From positions 4,014,934-4,078,933 of the forward strand of contig NW_003526944.1 of assembly GCF_000181795.1 (NCBI RefSeq): a DNA stretch of 64,000 nt, read 5' to 3'. The stretch's first letter is position 1. Every line of letters starts with the position of its first letter. Below the pieces are notes generated by a model. That model saw nothing but the letters and a program-made list of their open reading frames with translations. It had not been told where the DNA came from and did no database searches. A program made the translations under genes and the position numbers. This document shows positions 54,737-64,000 of the stretch, in pieces. The DNA is from Trichinella spiralis. Lineage: Eukaryota.

Positions 54737-57700
54737 ATGAATGTAATTTTAATTATATTGATTTTTGCATTTATTTTAATGTACTACTTTGTTTAAAGTT
54801 TAAAAGTTAAAAGAAACTTTAAACAATTGATAAAAATTGAATCGAAATGAAATGAAATTTCAAATCGAATACAAAGTAATTTATTTGTTTGTTATTTTAA
54901 CAATTTATGGCCTGTAGGGCGATTCCTTCGACTGATCCTGTTCGAAGTAAGCTACCTGTATTAATTAATAATCACTCAAAGTCAGTGTAATTTATTTCCA
55001 ATTGTTGAGCAGTTGGTTACATTTGTTTTTTATTCTAGTCTTTTTTTTTGCTTTATTTGAACATTGCTGTTCTTATCTTTAATTAATAATTTTAATTTAA
55101 TATTGGGGCGTTTCGAAATTTTTTAGGACCTCTGACTGAATGTAGCGGATCCGATTTCCACTATGTTGCTTCAAACAAAGGAGTCGGCTATGCGTTGTCC
55201 GTCTCTTACAGAGACATGTTCATGCATGAAGTTCCTTACCATGATTTGATGGGATTTGTTGTACTGATTTGCCTGACTGCAATGTCAAGCGACAAGCCTA
55301 GATTTGTCAGACATGATAAAGTTCGAGAGGATGCAGATACGGTTGAGACTGTTGAATGGACTCAAATTGGTGGAAGTGGCAAAGCTTATTGGATTGAAAA
55401 ATATTTTCGATCTAATAAAGTACCCAGAAAGTATGGCTGTGCTGTTTCCAGGAAAGAAATTCAGTGGTTTAACCTGAAAATCCAAGATGGAAATTGTAAG
55501 TTTTACTTTATTATTATTTTTTTTATTTAAAACATATTTTTGTCGTATAATTTTTACAATGGTATTGATAATTGTATAATTACTGATTAGAAATATGCAT
55601 TCGTAGAGAAGAAATCCGCTTTTGAAAAATTTCTCAGCTGTTATTTTTTTTCATTAAAATCAGCTCGTATTAAAAATTATTTATTAAAATGTAACTGAAC
55701 GGTACGATATGATAGCATTAAAATATTCATTATAGCCAGTAGAATAATTGTAAAATTGTAATGGTAATATTGTTGCATATCTGTTGCTATATTGTGTTAT
55801 CAATCAATTGTATCAGCCTGTTATATATACCAGTAAGAATAGCATTGATCAGTAAAATAAATAAATTTTTAAACTGTTCAGACTGTTTTTGAAACAGTTT
55901 GAATGAGTTGAATTAAAGTTAAAAAGCTGGAATAGCGGTAGCCCCTGGAGAGAATTGAACTCTCGACCCCTGGTTTACAAGACCAGTGCTCTAACCACTG
56001 AGCTACAGAGGCCTTTGCTAAACGTAATCATTATTTCTTTATATGCAGTATACCTAAAGTTGTGCAGTGCAATACTTAAAGTTAATTTCACCTCATGAGC
56101 ATTTCAGAGAAGAGTGTATGACTGAATAAGTAAAGCAGTATCATCGTTATTATTAGATTGAAGTTGTTATTCTTACTGAAAATTTTAATGCAGTCAATGA
56201 ATTGTTTTATAGAAAAGGATGCCTGTGGAGGGAATTCAACTTTTGATTGCTGGTTTACCACTGAGTTGCAGAGGCTTTTTTGTTAAATTTAGCATATATG
56301 TTGTGCTAAGCATAAATCATTTCAAAACAACGAATTTCAAGGATAGAGCAATTCACCGTTTTACTATTACATATATTTATTTACTTATTATTTATTATAA
56401 AAGAAATGCAAAGTTATTAGTGAAATTGTAGGAACTAGGATGAAGACAATTCTCAGCAAAGTAAAATTTTTTTAGCATGTGAAAAACTGTAGCCCCTGGA
56501 GAGAATTGAACTCTCGACCCCTGGTTTACAAGACCAGTGCTCTAACCACTGAGCTACAGAGGCACGTGGTTTGATACTTCTAGATTATTCTATTTCTGAA
56601 GACTGAATTATCAATTATTATTTTGCATATACTTAAAATTATATTAATTACACAAATAGTATAAAACAAAAAAGTTAAATAAATTATAACAACAGAGCTG
56701 TAAGTATGATAAAACAAAATGTAATAAATTCATGCAAGTAATCAGCATAGGATAGAATAATGAAATGCTAAATAAAAATTTTCAGGTCACGATGAAAGAT
56801 TTTACAATTCTTCTCTACAAAAGTGTCAAATGGACGAATATTGCATAGGAAGGAAAAGAAATTTCTTTTGCGAAAAATTTGCCACGTATAAAGAGAATTG
56901 CAATTCTGTCGGCGTATTTTTTCGTCATACATGTGAACTGATGTCTCAGTCTTGTGCAGAGACTTGCGGTTATTATTTTTTTTTAATTGAACGTTTTTGA
57001 CATGCGAAAAAAGTGTACAATTTATGCAAAAATAATTTCAGGTTCAGCGGTGCTGATTACTGAATTTCAAAACGTCGGAAATTCATTTCCACTGGGTTCA
57101 TTTGTTCAGTGGTCAATTGATGACAATATACGATTTAGCTTTTTCGCAAAAACTAAAGGCAAGAATCCAGTCTATTCATCGGTATCTTGTTTCAGCGATT
57201 CAATAAGTAGAAGTCGTCGGCTGTTTGATAATGAAGTTCATATTTATGAAAATGTAAAAGACGTTGAAACTTACATGGACGCTATACACGAAGCTTGTTT
57301 GAACAGCGAGATTTTTCGCATCACTGTGCACAATGGTCAAGGTGAAAATTATTTCCTCTACGGAGTTCCTTTTAGTGAGTTTTTTTTTCAAATTGAATTT
57401 GAATTTTCAAATTCATTTCATTATTCAATAAGAAAACAAATATTTCAGCTTATCAGGTTGCATTTGATCCAAGCGAAGAGTTTATTCAGGAAGTCATGGA
57501 TGCCACAACTCCGATAAAGCAAGTCAAATGCAAAACAAATTTTAAATTCAAAACTGCTCTTTTCACTGTAAGAGCATGGTGGAGCTTCGATGTTTCTGGT
57601 GTTAGTGTGAGTAGCAGAGCCTTTTCTTGGCTTCGAGCACCAACGTATTGGCCTTTTTTACATTCATTTTTATTCAGCTTGAAACCGATACCCTCGACGG

Positions 57701-58986
57701 TGATAAGCATGAGTCCGGATATTATCGGTGCAATGTTGAAGTGACTTTCCAGGCATCTTTTCCAAGAAAAACGATAAGCACTTTGAAGCAGAAATCGTAC
57801 TTTTTATGTAAATGAAATGTAAAAAATGAAAAATTAATTAAAATTAATTTTTGATGTTGTTAGATTTAAAAGGGGAGAAAAATCAAATGTTAGAACCAAA
57901 GAAACCTGCTCATTTCAAAAGATACCGAAAAATTAAAGGAGGCGTGGAAGCAATTTTAGATAAATTGATGGAAAATTGTAATAGTTGATAATTTTTTTAC
58001 TGATCAAAAGTTCAACAACAATAATTTAAATAAAATAATGCAATACTTTAGTATCGCTGATTTACACGATCGCCGCCTGTATTGCCGGCGCGATACTGCT
58101 GAGCATCATGTATGTATGCGTTAGCCCGAAGCATCGTCCAAGTAAGATAAGTTGTAGTTTTTGAATTTTAGTTTTCTTGTGCTTATTTGTTTAAAATTTG
58201 TACTGTAATTTTTATGAAAAGCTTAAATTAATTCGATGTTTTGCAGCTTCGAAAATAAAATTATCCGAGAAAAATAAAAGAAGACGTGAGTTGTTTTAGT
58301 GTTTGTTGAAATTTGAACATGTTCAAATTCTGAACTGGTATTACATTGTAGACACTAAAAGAAAGAGAAGACGATCGAAATCAAGTAGTAAAAGGAGCAG
58401 GCATCGTTCGAAAAAGTCTACATCAAGGAAACGTAAAAAGAGGAAGAAAAGGTCGAGCAAAAAGAAAGAGAAAACGGATAAGCATGTAGAAGGTGGAAAA
58501 CAGGAAAAAGGTAAAGGAGATGAAAAGCATAAAGTTCGAAAAAAAGAAGAAAAAAGCAAGAGTAAGACAAAGCAGGAAGCTGGGAAGAAGGATGTTAAGA
58601 AGAAAAGAAGGAGTAAAACGAAGGGGAAACCTGGGAAGAAGGACGCTAAAAAGGAAAGCAAGGGTAAAACAAAGGAGAAACCTGGGAAGAAGGATGCTAA
58701 AAAGGAAAGCAAAGGTAAAGCAAAAGAGAAACATGAGAAGAAGGGTGCTAAAAAGGAAAGCAAAAGTAAAGGAAAGGAGAAACATGTGAAGAAGGATGCT
58801 AAAAAGAAGGATAAACGAAAAGAAAGTCCTCCTAGACATGAATCTAAATCTGCCGACAAAAACAAGCATAAGCATAAAGAGAAATCGAGCCCTAAGAAAC
58901 CAGGAAAAGAACAACTGAAAAATAAACAACCAAGCAAAAAACGAAAAGATGAAAAAAAAGAAAAACGCAAAAGCAAAAGTGCGTAG
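54737..58986 (+). CDS. Type I membrane protein (about 705 aa): signal peptide, Cys-rich segment, Ig-like domain, TM helix, Lys/Arg-rich cytoplasmic tail
   Basis: 11 exons (54737-54780, 54918-54946, 55127-55495, 56786-56968, 57042-57374, 57449-57600, 57678-57807, 57864-57977, 58052-58141, 58247-58285, 58352-58986) splice in frame with GT-AG. Signal MNVILIILIFAFILMA; Ig-like VKC...W...ESGYYRCNVEV; TM LSLIYTIAACIAGAILLSIMYVCV; basic tail. Confidence 0.72.
55940..56012 (-). tRNA. tRNA-Thr (anticodon TGT)
   Basis: Reverse complement GCCTCTGTAGCTCAGTGGTTAGAGCACTGGTCTTGTAAACCAGGGGTCGAGAGTTCAATTCTCTCCAGGGGCT folds as a cloverleaf, with A and B boxes and an oligo-T terminator at about 55921-55925. 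Confidence 0.97.
56221..56275 (-). pseudogene. Degenerate tRNA-Thr relic with an internal 17-nt deletion
   Basis: gcctgtggagggaattcaacttttgattgctggtttac/cactgagttgcagaggc aligns to the flanking tRNA copies with aagaccagtgctctaac missing. Confidence 0.8.
56491..56563 (-). tRNA. tRNA-Thr (anticodon TGT), identical second copy
   Basis: Same 73-nt sequence as 55940-56012; oligo-T terminator at about 56482-56486. Confidence 0.97.
58582..58810 (+). repeat. 51-bp coding tandem repeat (GKKDAKKESKGKTKEKP-like, about 4.5 units)
   Basis: 17-aa periodicity in the Lys-rich exon. Confidence 0.75.
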
Positions 58987-59314
58987 AAAAAAGAAGCGTT
59001 GATTTGAAGCAGAGAAATTGCTGATTGCTAATCTTAAATTCATTAAAATCTTACAGAAAGTTCTACTGTAATGCTTTGAAATGTCCCGTTATTTTATGAC
59101 AAATCTGTTTGTAAAAAAGCTTTTAAATCACTAAATAAATACGAAATTTTCAAATGAAATAGTGGCGTATAAAATTCAGAAAATTTTCATTATTTTATCA
59201 ACGTATTTAAATGTTTTTTCATTATTTTGATGTACACATTATTTTTGACAAAATACTTCCTGCATTTCTTTTTCATACTGTATTGTTTGTTTCGTTTCGT
59301 AGGTGTTTGTCGTT

Positions 59315-60376
59315 ATGGGTGAAAATCTGAATTTAGAAAGAGGTAGGTGTTTTTCGCCTTTTTAATTGCAATTATTGTTTTAATTAAATGAAATTTTGAC
59401 CCTATTTCTATTGATATTATCTATAAATTACTTCCATGCACAGAGATCAGATGTTGGAAAAGTTGGAATATTTTTTTGCGCTTAATCTGCCTCTGTTTCA
59501 TCAGTTTCAGTCAGTTAAATTAGGTTTTACATTTTTCAGTTTTAAATCGGTTTTGTTTTTAATTTATTTTGAATTTGAAATTTTTAAATATTTCCAATTG
59601 TTGTTTGTGATATGATTCAATTTTGTAATACAACACTAATTTAGATGTTGCCCGTGCTGTTGAACTTTTGGATTATTTGCAGAAAAGTAAAGTTCATTTA
59701 GTGATTAAATTGTTTTATGACAATTTTTCCTGTGTTAAGGCGGTGAAGTAACGTCTCCAAAATTAGTTACTCTGCAACAAATACTGAAGAGTGATTTCTT
59801 TAACTGCGTTCGTGAAGTGTATGAACATATCTACGGTACAATCGATGTTCAAGGTACACAAGAAACGAAAGCAGTCGCTACTGCCAAAGTAAGATATGAT
59901 TTAGTGCACTTAATTGTAAAAAAGCATGCTTGTTGTATAATTTGTTTCATTAATTAAGCAATAGTATTTTATTGTGGGAATTTTAGGCAACAATAGCTGC
60001 GTTTGCTGCTGCGGAAGGCCATGCTCATCCTCGAATAATTGAACTTGCGAAGACAGAGGAAGGCCTGGGATTTAATGTTATGGGTGGAAAAGAACAGAAT
60101 AGTCCTATTTACATTAGTCGAATCATTCCTGGTGGTGTAGCAGATAGAAAGAGTGGTTTACGCCGTGGTGATCAGCTAATCAACATCAATGGAGTGAATG
60201 TGGAAGGTGAATCGCACGAAAAAGCAGTAGAACTTCTTAAAAACGCCACAGGAACTGTGAAACTTATTGTACGTTACACGCCGAAACTTCTCGAAGAAAT
60301 GGAACGTCGTTTTGAGCAGCAGCGTTTGGCTGCAGTTACTAGAAAGCCTCAAATTCACTCGCCAACTTTATCTTGA
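59315..60376 (+). CDS. LIN7: Protein lin-7 homolog (L27 + PDZ)
   Basis: [52 protein letters not shown] and [30 protein letters not shown]. Confidence 0.97.
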
Positions 60377-61934
60377 ATCTTATCTTATATTATTGTACTT
60401 GCAGTTCATGTGTCTTTTCTTTTCATTTTAATTCTAATCATTTTCATTTAGATCATTTTGTATGATTTCCAAGTTGTTTTCGTCTGTTGATTTGTTTTTT
60501 TTATCATACGAAATAGCTTAATCATCTATTAATAATTAAATAAATGTGTTGATGTGCCGGAATTTCCACAAACTCTGCTTGAATTTCTCTGCTATCTCTG
60601 TGTATGTGTTGTTCTCTTTAAGTCTTTATGAGAGATTTCGACGTTAATTAGTAGCCGTAGAGTGACGATCTGTTGTTTTCCAATATTGCCACCATTTTCA
60701 AATGCACCATGCTTAAATAAAAAGTGCGTTGAAGAATCAAACTTGTGGTGAACTGTTGCTACAAGGCAAACAAACTGCAACGATTACGCGTAAAAATTTG
60801 CATGATAACGAGCGTACGGTGTGCAGTGACTGAACGAAGAGTTTTCACTGGAAATACGGATGAGCATTCAGCAAATGTTGTTGTCTTTTATTTTAAATTT
60901 ATTTTTCGAAAAAAGTACGATTTAGAACAACTCAGAAAATCAATGACGATTTCCAATGATAAGAAGATGCTTATTTTGGTTGGTATGTCGCATTTTTTTG
61001 GTTTGATTATTATCCTTTTTAGTTTTGTTCACAACAAGTATTTATTATGATTTGTGCTCTTGAACGTGTAGCTATGTTGTCATTAGTTTATGTTGGCTCC
61101 GTGAGAAACAAACTGAAACTCATCGTTATTTATTCCCAACATAGGAAAGATATCTGAAACATGCGACAGAAAATAGCACAAACTAGTGTTGAGCACTGAA
61201 GAGTGAATTAAGGAAAAATAGAATTGAAGGTCTTGTTCTCTATAAATTAAATTTTCTAAGTGCAACATTCCAGAAAAATATACAGGCAACAAGTGAACAG
61301 CCTAAATAAGAGATAACTGAGCAAAGAGGTATTAAATAAACTTGTCTATCTGGACATTTCTGAAATTTCATAAATTTCCGGTTATCAAAATTAATTTCAA
61401 TAAAAAATGAATTCATTCATTCGATCAATCATACTTATCGATATTTTGGAATTACAAGGAATTAGCAAAAAATATTTCATCTATTCATTCATTATTACCT
61501 GCTTTCGGTTTATTTTTACTGTACATGTGAAAACATATGCAACTATATTGTATGCACTGCATTACTGATGTAGCACAGAATCAGAATACAGGTGAATTAC
61601 GAAAATGAAAAACATAACCGCTTACTGATTTTATTTAGCACTCTGATTTGATTTTCCTCAATCTAAATAAAACAGAAACATTTCTTCAACAGTTCAAACA
61701 TTCAAGGAAACAATACTTTAAAGACTGATGTTACATGAGGTTGGTTCAGTTGAAGTTCGAGTACTATTTACAGTTAAGTTTCAAAGTTCAGTGCTAACGC
61801 TAGATTTATTTGAAGTTTTGGATATCACCTCACATAGTTATCTGAAAAATTTCAATGGTGCAAATACTATACAAATATTTGTATAAATACAATCTAAATT
61901 TTTATGTAGTATTTCAAAACTACTAAACTATTTG

Positions 61935-62220
61935 TGTTGTGATGGCCGTTTTGGGGATGACGCAAGAATGCGTCATGGCGACGTCACCGGAGCGCTAGAA
62001 CTTGAGTGTCAGCGATCCACCGTAGGAGGAAGTGTTGGTGTGCGCGTGACCCCGGATTGGTCGGGTGTGAATCGATCGGCTTTGTATTGCGTGTGCGCGT
62101 GTTGTATTCTGTCGATAGTGTTATTGTTTGCGAATATTAGTCTTGAACGGGTAAAACGTTTCCCGGAAACTTGGCACCAAACTTTGATTTTGTTCTCGCC
62201 GAGCATTAAAATTAATTACA
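61935..62220 (+). repeat. Putative 5' LTR (TGT...ACA)
   Basis: Starts TGTTG at the compositional boundary, contains ATTAAA near 62205 and ends TTACA just before gag. The 3' LTR is outside the window, so the boundaries are unconfirmed. Confidence 0.6.
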
Positions 62221-62233
62221 AGCTATCGCGGCC

Positions 62234-63019
62234 ATGGGTAGCGGAAATGGGGTTGACAAGTCGCTTGACTTGCGGTTGATCCCTGAGTTCGACGGATCGC
62301 CCCAGCAATCAGTGGTGGAGTGGCTGGAGAAGCTGGAGCTGGTGTGCAAGCTCCGTGACATCAGTGATGTAGCCAGTGTGATCCCGCTACGTCTGACGGG
62401 CGGTGCATTCGCCGTGTACCTGCAGCTGAACGCCAAGGAAAGGTCAAGCGTAGACAAGGTCAAGGAAGCGTTGCTGGCCGCCTTTGCGGCTGACCCATTC
62501 GTGGCCTACGACCAGTTCGTCTCGAGAAAGCTGGGTCCCGACGAATCGCCTGATGTATTCCTGGCGGAGCTGAAAAGACTAGCGACGTTGTTTGGTGGGG
62601 TTTCCGAGAAGGCCCTGGCGTGCGCCTTCGTCGCCGGCCTGCCAGAGAACGTCCGCCAGCTGCTCAGGGCGGGATCGCGAATGGAGGATCTCGGGCTGAG
62701 CCAGATCCTTACCCGCGCCCGAGCCATAATCACCGATGAACGACCCGTGGACGCGCCGAACGCGTGCTTGAGTGCCCGGGGGCCCGGAGTGCGGAGTCCG
62801 ACGGTGCCGACCGGACAAAGGTGCTTCGAGTGCGGCGGACCGAACCATTTCGCCAGAGATTGTCTGGCCCGACGACAGGGCGGCGACCCGGGTACGCAGA
62901 ACCCGCTGACTCGCAACCGACGTGGACGCCGCCGGGGCGTCGCCAGCGCCGCTTCCCATCAGGGAAACGAGCTCGGGACAGAGGCATCAGCGCCAGCCTT
63001 TTGTCCCCGCGACCACTGA
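62234..63019 (+). CDS. gag: Retrotransposon Gag (261 aa) with CCHC zinc knuckle
   Basis: LIPEFDGS...VVEWLEKLELVC capsid-like N-terminus; CFECGGPNHFARDC. Confidence 0.92.
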   Translation: MGSGNGVDKSLDLRLIPEFDGSPQQSVVEWLEKLELVCKLRDISDVASVIPLRLTGGAFAVYLQLNAKERSSVDKVKEALLAAFAADPFVAYDQFVSRKLGPDESPDVFLAELKRLATLFGGVSEKALACAFVAGLPENVRQLLRAGSRMEDLGLSQILTRARAIITDERPVDAPNACLSARGPGVRSPTVPTGQRCFECGGPNHFARDCLARRQGGDPGTQNPLTRNRRGRRRGVASAASHQGNELGTEASAPAFCPRDH

Positions 63020-63030
63020 CCGAGGCGCTG
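62962..63030 (+). other. -1 programmed ribosomal frameshift signal (G_GGA_AAC plus H-type pseudoknot)
   Basis: Heptamer 62962-62968 is in gag phase, followed by a 6-nt spacer. Stem 1 pairs 62975-62985 with 62996-63007; stem 2 pairs CAGCGCC (62988-62994) with GGCGCTG (63024-63030). Confidence 0.88.
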
Positions 63031-64000
63031 CCCGCCGTCTATATGAACGTCGGCGGCGTACGACGCCGCGTGCTGGTGGACACGGGGTGCTCAGTGTGTG
63101 TGGCCCATGCCTCGTGTTGCCGAAGCTGGCGAAAAGAGGACGTCGCCATCACCACGATGTGTGGTCGGGCAATGGGGTGCGAGGGCACCGGCGTCGTGCA
63201 GCTAAAGCCCCGTGGGAGAGGTCCAATTGAGGTTGAAGTGATAGTGGTCCGATCGAAGCCGCTCGGCTACGACCTCATACTCGGCATGAACGGCATAGCG
63301 GCGCTCGGCGGCGTGACGGTCACCGGCAGACGATGCGTGCAGTTTGGACTGGACGACCCGGGAGTCTGCGCAGCCGCCGAAGCCGGGATCAGTATCCGTG
63401 AAAAAGATTTCACAGCGACATACTGTCCCTCCACGCGCTCATGGACCGCCGCGTGGAAATGGTCAGACGCCGGGGAGCCCGGCGTCCTGCGAAATACAGT
63501 GGAAGAGTACCCGCCGGCGAACGTTGCACGTGGCGCGTATGAAGACGAGCTCAGGAAGTGGATCAAAGACGGGTGGCTCGTGCCGTACGACGAGAGCAAA
63601 CACGGCCCTCCCAAAGGGTTGCTGCCACTGATGGCAGTGATCCAGCGAAACAAGAAGAAGGTCAGGCCCGTGATGGACTTCCGGGAGCTGAACGCCCACA
63701 TTGAGAGCCACACTGCCGACGCGGACGTGTGCAGCCAAAAGCTACGCGAGTGGCGCAGACAGGGGGTCAACGTGGCCCTGATCGACCTGAAAAAGGCCTA
63801 CCTGCAGATCCGCATCGACAAATCCCTGTGGCCATATCAGACGGTGGTCTTCAAAGGCAAGCGTTACTGCCTGACCCGACTGGGATTCGGCCTGAATGTC
63901 GCACCATTGGTGATGAAAGCCGTGCTGAACTGCGTGCTCTCCCGGGATCCGGATGTCAGGAAAGGAACCTCGGCGTACATCGACGACATCCTGGTGAACG
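62962..64000 (+). CDS. pol: Retrotransposon Pol (aspartic protease + reverse transcriptase, partial), in the -1 frame relative to gag
   Basis: Open frame from the slippery site reads ...VRRRVLVDTGCS...DLILGMNGI...VRPVMDFRELN...WPYQTVVFKGKRYCLTRLGFGLNVAP...AYIDDILV. No stop before the window end. Confidence 0.93.

Larger units (their letters stand above)
61935..64000 (+). mobile_element. Ty3/Gypsy-type LTR retrotransposon, 5' part (truncated by the window end)
   Basis: Abrupt shift from AT-rich to GC-rich sequence at TGTTGTG; gag with a CCHC knuckle, then protease DTG directly followed by RT (VMDFRELN, DLKKAYLQI, LGFGLNVAP, YIDD). Confidence 0.95.

Noticed and set aside
58341..59043. Long hydrophobic minus-strand ORFs (211 and 206 aa)
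   Set aside because: They are antisense shadows of the purine-rich Lys-repeat exon, with Phe/Leu/Ser low complexity and no independent gene signals.
60592..61292. Short ORFs between LIN-7 and the LTR
   Set aside because: Trial splicing gives early stops and there are no motifs; treated as intergenic.
62212..63770. Multiple antisense and alternate-frame ORFs in the retroelement
   Set aside because: Expected by chance in GC-rich coding DNA; gag and pol explain the region.

Overview
This is an AT-rich eukaryotic genomic window with many short introns, read as nematode DNA (transthyretin-like TTR-52-type genes, a GluCl-type channel, TTTCAG acceptors). It is most likely a clade I nematode such as Trichinella; that is an inference, not a database result. 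Gene models below were spliced by hand. In order the window holds: cytosolic malate dehydrogenase (-), two tandem transthyretin-like genes (+), a divergent GluCl-family Cys-loop channel (+), MEMO1 (-), YIPF4 (-), TPRA1 (+), Rab7 (-) head-to-head with a motif-degenerate hexokinase (+), NAA10 (-), a TASK-type K2P channel (+) and RBMX2 (+). Then come a beta-integrin-like gene lacking the ligand-binding betaI domain and cytoplasmic tail (+), an unknown secreted protein (-), and three tandem secreted genes built from an 8-Cys repeat (-). The last part has an Ig-like single-pass membrane protein with a Lys-rich tail (+) whose intron hosts two tRNA-Thr(TGT) genes and a tRNA relic, then LIN-7 (+), and the 5' part of a GC-rich Ty3/Gypsy LTR retrotransposon. 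The most notable observations are the 'headless' integrin, the 8-Cys repeat cluster with its neighbouring Ig-TM gene, the altered ligand and pore residues of the channel, the probable pseudo-hexokinase, and the retroelement's -1 frameshift pseudoknot and atypical primer-binding site.
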